Shown here: one piece after another, positions 1-11,200 of the stretch
Layout: each line of letters starts with the position of its first letter
Numbering within the stretch: position 1 is the stretch's first letter
Assembly (NCBI GenBank): GCA_030141605.1
Contig: JAQGDQ010000003.1
Coordinates: 496,001-560,000 of the forward strand
DNA length: 64,000 nucleotides
Reading direction: 5' to 3'
Source: Tubiluchus corallicola
Taxonomy: Eukaryota > Animalia > Priapulida
The notes under the pieces: generated by a model
The model's input: the letters and a program-made list of their open reading frames with translations, nothing else
Told to the model about the DNA's origin: nothing
Databases searched by the model: none
Position numbers and translations under genes: made by a program

Positions 1-574
1 TCAAGACTCGCTGGCCTCAGTACTGTCACCACTTGCTTAAATAAGCAGTCTTAGCGAAGTAATGAATCGGCCCATGTGTTATGTGCTGTCAAGGCACAAT
101 ACATTATATAAGGGCTGAAAGTGCTCACATACCACAATAAAGACAACTTTGTTGGATTTTGATGTGAATGCAAATGTTTGCTTTACAGTTTGCGATGACA
201 CAACTTAAGACTGGATAACAAAAAACGAAACTGGAAATTACACTGTATCAGAGTCGACTCCCACACGTATTTTTCTCTTTTACACTGTATTAGAAAATGT
301 ATTACAAATTACAAGTATGTTTTAGTATTGTGTTTTTAATAATCTTGCTTGTACGTTTTCCATCTCATGAGTGACTGTGAGTCCATCTATTCCTACTGTA
401 CTACTATCACAACATTTCGTAAATTTATTTCACATAGTGCTGTTGTTTTACTTATACTTTAAGCATGTACAATTTTGTTCCACTATTACACCACTAATTA
501 ACCTACACCTGCTTTTTCATAAACACATTAATATTGAATCACAAGGTGCAACATTCAATCTCTATCAGAATCTC

Positions 575-1600
575 CCTGATATGGACACCTTTGCAGATGA
601 CTGCGAGTCATATTTATCCGTTTGTCCATTGATAACGTCTGATAGGGATGCTCTAAGGCTATGCAAAATTATGCTGAAGACTTTGGAAAGTGGATGTATG
701 CATTTCAGTTAAAATTAAGTGATGCTACAATGGAATTTATCTTAATTGATTCAAATAGCAGCATTCAAAAATTAATAATAATTGCATAAATGTTAGTGGA
801 ATTGACAATGCTCCAGTTGAATCAGCTTGCAATTTAGGGTTCATGTTTGATCTGAACAAGTTTATAGCTAATCACATTTCTAAAATGTGTCATACTGCTT
901 ATTACCAACTTTATAGCATAAGACAAATACATAAATGTTTAAACCAATCTGCTACAAAAACGTTAGTTCATTCATTGATAACTACTAGAATCAACTACTG
1001 TAATAGCTTATTGCTAAATGTTCCTAACTATAAATTGCAACGACTGCAGTATTTACAAACTCAGCTTAAAACCTTTACATCCAAGTTTCAGTACATCACA
1101 CCCACTCATAAGGTGAAGCCCCTAATTACATCTGTGACACGATTTGTTCAACAAATTCAAACCAATATAGTCTAAGATCAAATGATAACCTTTTGTACAC
1201 GGTTCCTAGAATGCACTGTTCCACTGGGTAAATCATTTGCTGTAGCAAGAACAACTTTACGGAACAGTCTACCTATCCATATCATAACACTTTCAGACAC
1301 TAGCGCTCTTAAAAAACAGATTTAAACATGTTTATTTAAAGTAGTATACACAAATTTTAGTGATCATTAATTTGTCATCATGATATACAAGTATTTTATG
1401 AATCTGAATGTTTTTATGTATTAAGCTATTGCACATTTTCATAAAATTGGTAGGCTTATTATTTATTCTTGTGAGCTTCTTTTACCCTTGCCATATTGAT
1501 TTACTTTTTGTGAAGTGTCTTTAAATATGTAGCAGTTTGCCAGTCTGTACAGATTTAGAAGTTATATGAAATAAATATTTATTATCAATATTATTATCAC
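575..1600 (+). mobile_element. Degenerate 3' fragment of an L2-clade LINE (RT C-terminus and tail)
   Basis: FADD near 590, NLGFMFD, AYYQLYSIRQI, TLVHSLITTRINYCNSLL, LQRLQ, ITP and SFAVA..NSLP motifs broken by stops and frameshifts; AT-rich tail near 1570-1600. Confidence 0.85.
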
Positions 1601-2176
1601 AAGTGTAAATGAACAAGGAATGCTACCATGTATTTTGATGGTTATAACCATCCATGTCACATTCTTGTCTGCTTTGCTGGAATGGCATTTCTGGTACGTG
1701 CACATGGAAAAGCAGGTGAGAGGAATTATCAAAGTCACGTTTTTCCACTCATATCTTGATACTGCTTAAATGGGCTTGTTAATCCTGATCTAGGTATCAA
1801 CAGCAATTTTCAGCCAAGTTGACATCTTGCAAAGGACAAAACTGATCAAATTAAGACGAGAATTAATGTTGCAGTCAAACGTAATCGAAATGTTTGTGTA
1901 GACAGCTCCTGGCAGCTTCAAAGCAAAATGTTATCACTTAATAAAATTGCATGGACTATTTTTGTAACCTCATTACTAGTAGGAATGAGTTAACTGTGAA
2001 AAAACTTTATTAAGTTAAAGCCTTGTAGAATTATAGTGAAAATTTTGTTATTTCCATATAAGCAGATGCCATTGGCAAAGGGCCATTAATTAATACATTT
2101 CTTAACATGAAGTAATACCGAAGCTAAGGTTGTAATTTTACATAGTAATTTAAAAGTTATTACACATTATACTTAC

Positions 2177-2278
2177 CCAAAATCTCCACCACGACCGCTT
2201 CTGCCTCCACGCATACTGCCACCACCACGGCCTCTCATACCTCCAAAACCACTACTTCGGCCTCGTCCTCCACCACCA
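2177..2278 (-). CDS. HNRNPK: hnRNP K exon, RGG/GRG-rich KI region ([34 protein letters not shown])
   Basis: TTTTAG acceptor (AG at 2279-2280), GG|GTAAGT donor; 102 nt, phase 2-2, in frame with the upstream exon. Confidence 0.92.
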
Positions 2279-5200
2279 CTAAAATATGTGATTATAATAC
2301 TGTAACTAACATTACAAAACTAGCTACAAATTTAGACTAGTGGCAATCCATTAAGGCTGTTTAATGTTTTATTATCTTCTCAAACTGTAGTTCTTATTCC
2401 TTTGAAAACTGTTTTTGTAACTTGCTTTATTATACTGCATAATTGCTGGATCATTTTAATTGCTGTTAATAATATTAAAACTTATACTGGAAATCATTAT
2501 GCACATTTCACAGTTTTTATATTAATAATTGCAACTTACAAACTTACACTTATATTATTCACGTTTTCAACTTTGTATAACTAACTTTAACTCGAATCTC
2601 CTGAAATTTTATATAATGGATGAAAAGTAAATAAGTTAGCAACAATTTACTTTTCCGTTAAATAATACGGAATTATGAAAAAAATCTTGAAAAAAATAAT
2701 AACAAAACTTGCCAGACAGGCTGTATGCATTACTCTATGTTACATGTAAACTCAAATGTTTATGCTAGAATAGGTAGATTTACTAGAAATTTTACCGTCC
2801 TCCACGTCCTCCTTTACCACCACGCATTCCTTCCTCAAATGTAAAACCACCATATTCATTGCAGAAATATTCATCAAAATCATCTGGGTTATATGGCTGG
2901 TTTGGGCCTTTAGGAGGTGCCTGTTATACAAAATAATAATAATAATAATAAATAAATCAGAGAACTGAATTGTTATGGACACTTGTGTACATTGGACTAT
3001 AAAGCATGTCAAAATCTGAAACTCATCTTCTCAAACTTTTCAGTTTTACCTAAATTAGGATTATTAAGTATCTACTGACTAACTCGTAGCCATTCAGACA
3101 TGATATGTATGCAAAGGACACTAAAAAACTGTACACTTAAAAAGTATGGTGTTGCAACGACTGACAATAAAAAAAAGTCCTAAAAAATCATCAAGATACT
3201 AAAGTTATATGTTCCTATAACTGAGAAGCAATTTATGAGTGCTTGCAGCTTTGTCTCATCAAGTCATTGTCCAAAAAGGATTACAAGATTCTGCACTTAG
3301 CGCTAGCTTCAACGGGGAAGGGTTCGTAAGGTCCTCAGCAACATATATTTCCACTAATGCAAAGGTAGAAAATTATTGTGCTTTGTGCTGCTATATAGAT
3401 CTTAGAAAGAAATTTCTGATTTTGAAGCTACACAACTTCACACGCATAAAATGTCATGGTACTAAAAACGTTTGTTAATTTAATCATTATGTCACATAAA
3501 TAGCAGAGTCATTATGTCACGTAAGAAACAACACAAGACAAATAATATTCATTTGACTTAAACAAAAAAAGCTGTCATTACCATCAAAGTACAACATGAC
3601 AGTTATTTAAAAACCCTAATAAACAATATCAGCTTTCGTTATCTTTATTTGTAATTAATAATTTTCTAGTAAATATATGAAGGTATCAAACTGCCTAGGT
3701 GCTGTGTAACATGTATAGCAAAAAGGTTAAAATAGAATCTTAATAACTTTGCTTTCAAATTACAAGAGCACTGGCTCAGGTTTTTGAAATTAAATAAGAC
3801 CAAAGAAAATGCCTGAGATGTTGAATCGGTCGGTAAGTTACTAATACCGAATTGAACTTCATTTCAGTGCAAAGAGGCTATATAAAGGTCTAATGACCAT
3901 GATGTTAGGCTTGAGAGCCAAAGACTCCTGGTTAAAATCATGTTGCGGATGTTGACTTGATCTTTTTGCATTTACTCGCATTTCATGAAGTTTGGTTTTT
4001 AACATTTAGTAATTGTGAGTTGACTTCGTTATTAATTAATAATCTTAAATTTGAAATTATAGATAATTACCAGATATCTTGAGAAATATTTGCAAAAAAA
4101 AGTTAAAGATTTTTAACATACCAAAATGCCTTCATCAACTTGATAATCAAAAATAAATTCAAGTGCACACACTGTAAAACTTCGACAATAAAGCATTTTA
4201 AAAAGAATTTTTGATACTGTAGCCGTTAGAAATTACTGGACCCAAGTTCATTAAAACAAAAGTTACAATGACAGATGACTGAAATATTTTAAATATACTA
4301 TATACAAAAGAAACTATTTACCTGTTGAAGAATGTCATATATTTGTTTGATACAATCAACAACAACGTGTGGTTTTCCCATCATTTGTGTACACCTGTCT
4401 GTAGAATTTGGACAACACTCGCTATACACTTTGATATTTGCACCAGTTTTCTATAATGAAGTTAATGACAGTACAAATATAATGCCTGCAAGAAAAATGT
4501 TTGCTGTCAGAATAACTGACAATTACCTAATGATGTGTCCTCATTTATGAATTTTCAAATGTCACAAAGCTAGACAGATATGACAATTAACAAACAAACC
4601 GGGGACTTTTGTTGTTATGCTGGCGTTTCTAATCAGCACAATCTGTGAATTGTTTGCATGATGTAGAAAATCTCCAATGTTTCGGAGTTTTTTGGCAGTA
4701 AAATTATAACTTACGAAAGGCACAGAAGTGATAATAATAATAATAATAATAATAATTAAGCAGTTTATAATGATCACAACAGGGCGTGCTTACTGGTATA
4801 AGACAGACAGTTTGATGTTTTTTAGTGACGTCCAAGAGCTTATGAGCCCAGCTTTTCCTCAAATGCTTTGTCTCGCACCTTAATGCTTTAACATTTTTAT
4901 CAATCTTTGCTTTGTTAACATTAGTATGACAGAACAAACAGACCTGTAGATTTTCACTAAGTTCCATTAGCAATAAAATGTACATACCGGTAACTTACAT
5001 TTCTCATACTAATTTAGGTTTTAATACTTTAAATAACCTATTAAACTTACTACCTACTAAATACTGTCAAAGGTTCTAAAAGTACATGACACTACATTCG
5101 AAAAATGCCAGAAACTCTTCAAAAACAGTCGTACTCTCATGGCCTAACAGGATAAAAAAACCAGACATTTGTAAATTATGAAGTGTTGGCATACAAAGAC

Positions 5201-8200
5201 AAAATTATGTTAAGAGATGCTGCATTAGAACTCTGCCTGCAAATGGAATTTAATGAATGAGATCCTAATTCATCATCTCAAAGCTAGAATTTGCACAATG
5301 TCGACACTATAATATGTTTTAATGCAGTAGGGTAGTGAATGGTTACATTATAATGGTTACCACATGCAGTCATCCTACAGCATAGACAAAGGACAATATT
5401 CCGTACCCATAACATATGTTGATTAGCTGCTCCTCTCTGCTTGACTACAAATAGGCTATCATAATAAAATTTTTAACCAGTCTACTAGTAGTCATGCATA
5501 GTTAGTTTACACCTGTATGAAGGCATACATGTATGCTTCAAACAGATCCATGAATGCAATCGATCCAGTCCAATTTACATTAACCAGTCTCACAATGCGC
5601 CATATTCTCACGTGCGGGATAAATAAACACTGCCATGGAAACGCATCAAACAATATAGTGTCTTTTTACAGCGGCGCTTTCACAAATGCGACTAAATTGC
5701 TATTGAATAACAACGAAGGAAAAAGCTGAGCTGATCACAGCCACAATAGCACAAAGCCAGTATAGTGGTACATGTCAAGCCGATTAAATTGCATTTAATG
5801 CGTTACGATTATGTCTGACATACACAGAGATAAAACAAAATAATACAGAACAATGGACCGAATGTAATGTTTGTCAAAAGATGGTGAAGCATTATTGATT
5901 TTAATAAATCTGATCTACCTCTCACACTAACTTAAAAGCACCACTTTTGCCTGAAACCATTTACAAAATCTTGTAAGACTTCCCATAGCAGATTATTAAA
6001 ATGCGAACATATTGATGTGATAATGCATTTTCACGAAACAACTATAGCTGCATGCTGAAACAAAAAATATATCCAACAAAAACCCCATCATGTTTTTTGT
6101 TGCAAGATATAAGTGTATTACACGACAGGATTAAGCGATTGCACTTTTTTCTTTGATTTTTCAGCAAAATTATTCAAAATTACATTTGCTGCTTAAAAAA
6201 TAAACGTCATGAGCACATTTTGCATACCAGAAGATGTGACACTATAGACACAAATGCCTATTAACAATAGGATATGTTAACAATGTAATGACAGAAAAGC
6301 AAATATGTCCAAAATGAAAAACGTATTTTTTTGAGTTCAAAAACTGTTGCGACTCAAGAGTAAAAGTATTTCCTGCCATTACAGAAATTTCCAAAGCTTT
6401 TTCTAATACACGTGCAGACGACAAATCTATTTTTCTACTAGAAGGCAAATGATTAACAAAATTACAAAATTAGCTTTAACATTTGGCATCATTTTTTAAA
6501 TGAAAACAAAGCAGTCGATGTATTAAAATAAAATAACTTACATTAATTAGGCTTGTGAAACCTTATTGTAACTTCGTAGATCATCTGTAGGTAATTGTAG
6601 ATACGTATTATGATTGTAAAAAAATATCTTCCTGTTTCCCCATTTTTATATGTGATTATATTTCTTTGGGTTGTCATTTATGATACAAGACTGTACTGCA
6701 CACACAAATTTGCAAATGTGAATCAAATGAGATGCTTTCTTGTAATTTGTAATGTACAGAGTGCAATAATTCAGTTTGTTAATTAAGTAATACATAAATA
6801 TTGTATACTTCTCTAAGTTCTTTAATTTTGTAGCCAGCACGACCAATGATTCCACCAGCTTGACTTTGATGCACCAACATACGGATGTCACATCTGAAGT
6901 CTAAATCGTTGTACTGTTGGTACTGAAACAAATTGAAGTGCAATGCAATAAACCTTTCCTCACCTGTGTTAGAACGCCTATAATATTATACATGATTTCC
7001 ACAGCTGCCGTATTTACACAACAATTTAGCGAAGTTAGAATCTACAGTAATAAAACTTTACAGCATAGTAATCTCAATGGTCACTTACATAAACCTATGT
7101 TTTAGCCAAAATCGAAAAAGCATTATTAAAGTTGAAGAATCAGATGATAAATCTGTGATTAAAATCACACACACACTTCGTCCACATAACTTGTACAATT
7201 ATTTATCTCATTCTAAAATATCTTACAACACTGTATGAAAAGTTTATACCTCCTCCAATGTAGGTATGATATCAAGTAGAACATCACAAGCTGTGTTAAG
7301 ATCCGAGGAAATCGTAAGAATGCTACAAAATTTAAAAGCACATATGATATTATACTATCATATAAATATAATTAAGTAGTACGTTATAAGCATAAAATAC
7401 TTTCCAATTTAAATGGTTCATTGCACAATTAAAAATAATGTCATAATAAGTTCTAAAGACATTATTTTTTTCGTATGCAGTAAAGCAGCCAATATTATGC
7501 ATAAATAATTATATATGTGACAGATGTTTAATATGTCTAATCAAGCTCAGTGTTAATTGTTATAATCTTAATGTCACGATTATTATTTTTGGCATTACAA
7601 ACCCACAATTAATGAAATTTTTACCAAACTTGAAAGACAGGAAATGAGAAGAAAGAAGAATCATGCAGCCTGCAACTTACAAAAGTCTCATCATTTTGTC
7701 TAGTCAGACAACGAGAGTTCAACTTTTTAGCACTCTTATAACATACTTCTGAAATGCAAACTCTTTAATGGTTGTAGATTCAATAAGTTAAAGTATTATC
7801 ACCTGTATTGGTACAAGAAACCATGAATGATAATTACGTACTGGGATACAGGCTGCATCCCAACTTTTTCACATTTCCAGTCTTTTAAGTTTGGTATCAA
7901 AATTAAATGAATTGTGGGTTTTTAATTAACTGTGTATTTTTCTTAGAAGCAATACTACTAAACTGTCAGTTATTGAAGGTGCTTATTTAGTCTTGATATC
8001 CTCTGCATAATAGTAAGACTATTATGTTGTAAGACTAAAGTCAATTATAAAGCACTATGCTCTTTTGACTACTAGATGTAGGTTATTTAAGAAATAATAA
8101 ACTTCCACTGAAAATTAGCAAATTATGCATGTAAAATAGCTTCCACAAAATTTTCATTGTCTACAGAAATAATTTCAGCCCTATCTGACAGAGAAATGAA

Positions 8201-11200
8201 AATGAAAAATTACCTTGCATCAACACTATGAAAGCGAACAACATAAATGGATTGAAAATGCCTCAGTGATAATGAAGAAATGGGTGTATTGTAGAGGTGG
8301 TTGTTTTTGTGTGATTATGAAAAATGGCATGGTTCACTTGGACTAATTCATGTGCGGCAAACTTGTGACATTGCATGCATGCAACTACTAATGGACTGAA
8401 TTTTAAGTTTACTGTTAGGCTGGAAATGGTTGCACACAGACAAATAAGCTAACCTGATGAAATGACAACAGTTTTAAATGTAGTGCATGACACGTGTTTA
8501 TTGCAGAAGACTACAAATTTAGACGATGGGAAAAATGAAAAACTATTGAACAGCAATTAATAATTCGACTCTAAGTGGACTCTTCTATTGTTCTAAATAT
8601 GTCAGAGATTTAAACTATCAGCCAAAGTTAATTACAGGAAAAGTTCAGTGAATTTTAAAGGAAAATGTTAAAAACATTCTTACTCATTTACATGATGATG
8701 ATGATGATGATGATGATGATTAATCTTTTATTTTAAAATACATATTTACAATAGATGTGTCTTAAATAATTATATGTCATTTGCCAAACAATTTTTCAAT
8801 GATTATAAGATAGCAGCTATGAAATTTAAAAAAATTTACTTGGTTTTAGTCTCACACTATTAATATTAGGGGATATCTTGTAATTATGCACTTATAATGT
8901 TTGTAGTATCATTGACGTTTGTATTATAATGAAAACCTGAATAAGTGCCCAAATTATCCATTTCATTCTTAAATTGACAAGCACAATTTTTTATCTTTAA
9001 TATATCTTTAAATAATGAACTAATTTACTTGAAAAAAAACAAGTTTTGGATTTAGTCTGTGTGGCCTCTAAATTCGCTGAACTTGACCTTTCAACTCTTT
9101 ATGCGGGTTTCGCATCAACCTTTTAATAGATATAAATCGATTTCTGAAGCAGAAGATGCATTTGAAATGTTGAATATAGATGTTGATACCTTTATCAAAC
9201 AAAAAATATTTGGTTTAGGCTTTGAAAACGAAATCCGCAATTACAAATAATTTTAATGTGGGCCATCAAATAAATCCTATACTTAAAGCTAACCAAAACT
9301 AGCTAGAGATTCAAAGCACTTCAATTCAATCCACATTAGACAGGACATGAACTAAAATATGTTAAACTGATAATAAGATAAAAGTAGGAAGTGGAGGAGT
9401 TATCATACCGTTCTGGACCTTGGCTGTCTGGGACTGTTACTGCTGCTTTGTACTGTGGGTCGATGGGCCAGCGCGGGCCGGGCCAAGGGTCAGGACAATC
9501 ATTGAGCATATCAAGGTCAGCATCGTTGTTCGTGGCCATTCAGGGTGGCAAGACCCCAGGGGGAAAAATAACAAAAGGCAAAATAATTAAGATAAGTTAA
9601 TATTATCGTTTAACAATTACATAAAATTACTATGAGAGGTGCCCGTTTACTTGTACAATTCATAAATCTGCTTAAATACTTATTACAGTATTGCATCATT
9701 AAATTATCACATAAAATTAGCAGGCACTGCATTAAAAAGACGGTAGATAACAATCTGCTGAATGAACCAGGCTGCTGAGTGTTGACCACTTGTAAAATTT
9801 AAACAATATAGTTTCCATGTTTGAAAAAATGAAAATTTATTTATTCAACACCCCATTCAAAATTATAGGCTGAATGTTTTTACATGTATTAGTGTCAACT
9901 GTTGCAAAAAACCGCAAATGCTGTCACTATAAACAAGTTGAAAAAACGATAGAATTGGTTTCAAAATAATAAAATGGGCACCTCCTTAACAGGGTTGTGC
10001 TATATAAAATACAGACTTTTTAAATGAAGATCATTAATGGATAATAATCTCATACACATAATTCAAATTCATGTTCTAGCAACAACTAGCAACAACCCTG
10101 ATCAATGAAAGCGATAAAACAATCACATCACTAAGGAGTTATGATAATACTATTACATGAATTCTAGTTAGTGTAAACTATAATGAAAATGTTAAAAACT
10201 TTTGACATTACAAATAAGCTCCTCACCACGTTTAAAACAATGTTGTGCAACATAGACAAAACCTGTAATTTCAAATTCTTATTTCATTTAAATACTTTGC
10301 AAGACTGGTTAAGCTACAAAGTTAAAATTGCAGGATTATTTGGAAAATAAAGGTACCGCCAATACATACAAGTCTTTTCATATTAGCACTTGGCAACATT
10401 AATTTTTCATTCATTAATTAATTACTCACTGAGATATTAAATTTTATCGTGAATAAGCTGCTAACTCTTATTAATAGATATTCAAAGTTACACAAAATTA
10501 AAAGCAATTTCACTAAATCTGCAGATAGAATAAAAAGTACGTCGATTGCTATGAACAGTTGGAGAAGTCAACAGAAATCATTGCGAATGTAAATTCAAAT
10601 CATGAATTTAGATTCTCGTTCACTCAAACAGCCCGACACTCTACGGCGAGTTTCATGTTTAAAGGGGTAAACAGGATCAGTTTGCTAACTTCACAATAAC
10701 AACGAAATTAGCACGCCTTGAAGCAGAGACATTAAAAAAGTAATCTTTTCCATATCTCTGCCTTAAAGAGTTAAGCGAACCAAAAGCTCTGGGTTACCTT
10801 AGATGATAGAAAGCTCTACATTTTGATTTCTTTGCTGTTACCACAATTTGCAACAATTGCCCGGTCACTCTTAGTCTGGGCCTATACTAGGCACCAAAAA
10901 CTACTATCCATCAACTCCATTAACTATATTTTTGTTATTTTTTGTAGCATTTAGTCATTTTAAATAAACAATACAATTTGCTCATACTGCCGAAATACAA
11001 ATTATGGAATGGACGATAAATAAATCTACTAAACTTACGTCTGTTCTTAAGCGCTTGATATTTGCACCACCTTTGCCAATAATAGCGCCTGCATTCTGCA
11101 TAAACAAAAAAAAAACAACATTAATCTTCAGAAAAGGAATATTAGAATTTTCTCTACGAGCTAGTAAGTTCAAAAACTTTGCATGATGACAACTATGCTG

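Noticed and set aside
1-2176. miR-7, which is hosted in the last intron of hnRNP K genes in many animals
   Set aside because: No TGGAAGACTAGTGATTTTGTTG match seen by eye; the last intron lies beyond the left edge, so the adjacent window should be checked
6964-6977. 14-nt exon candidate with CAG|GTGAGG donor
   Set aside because: Downstream intron only about 41 nt and the acceptor is poor
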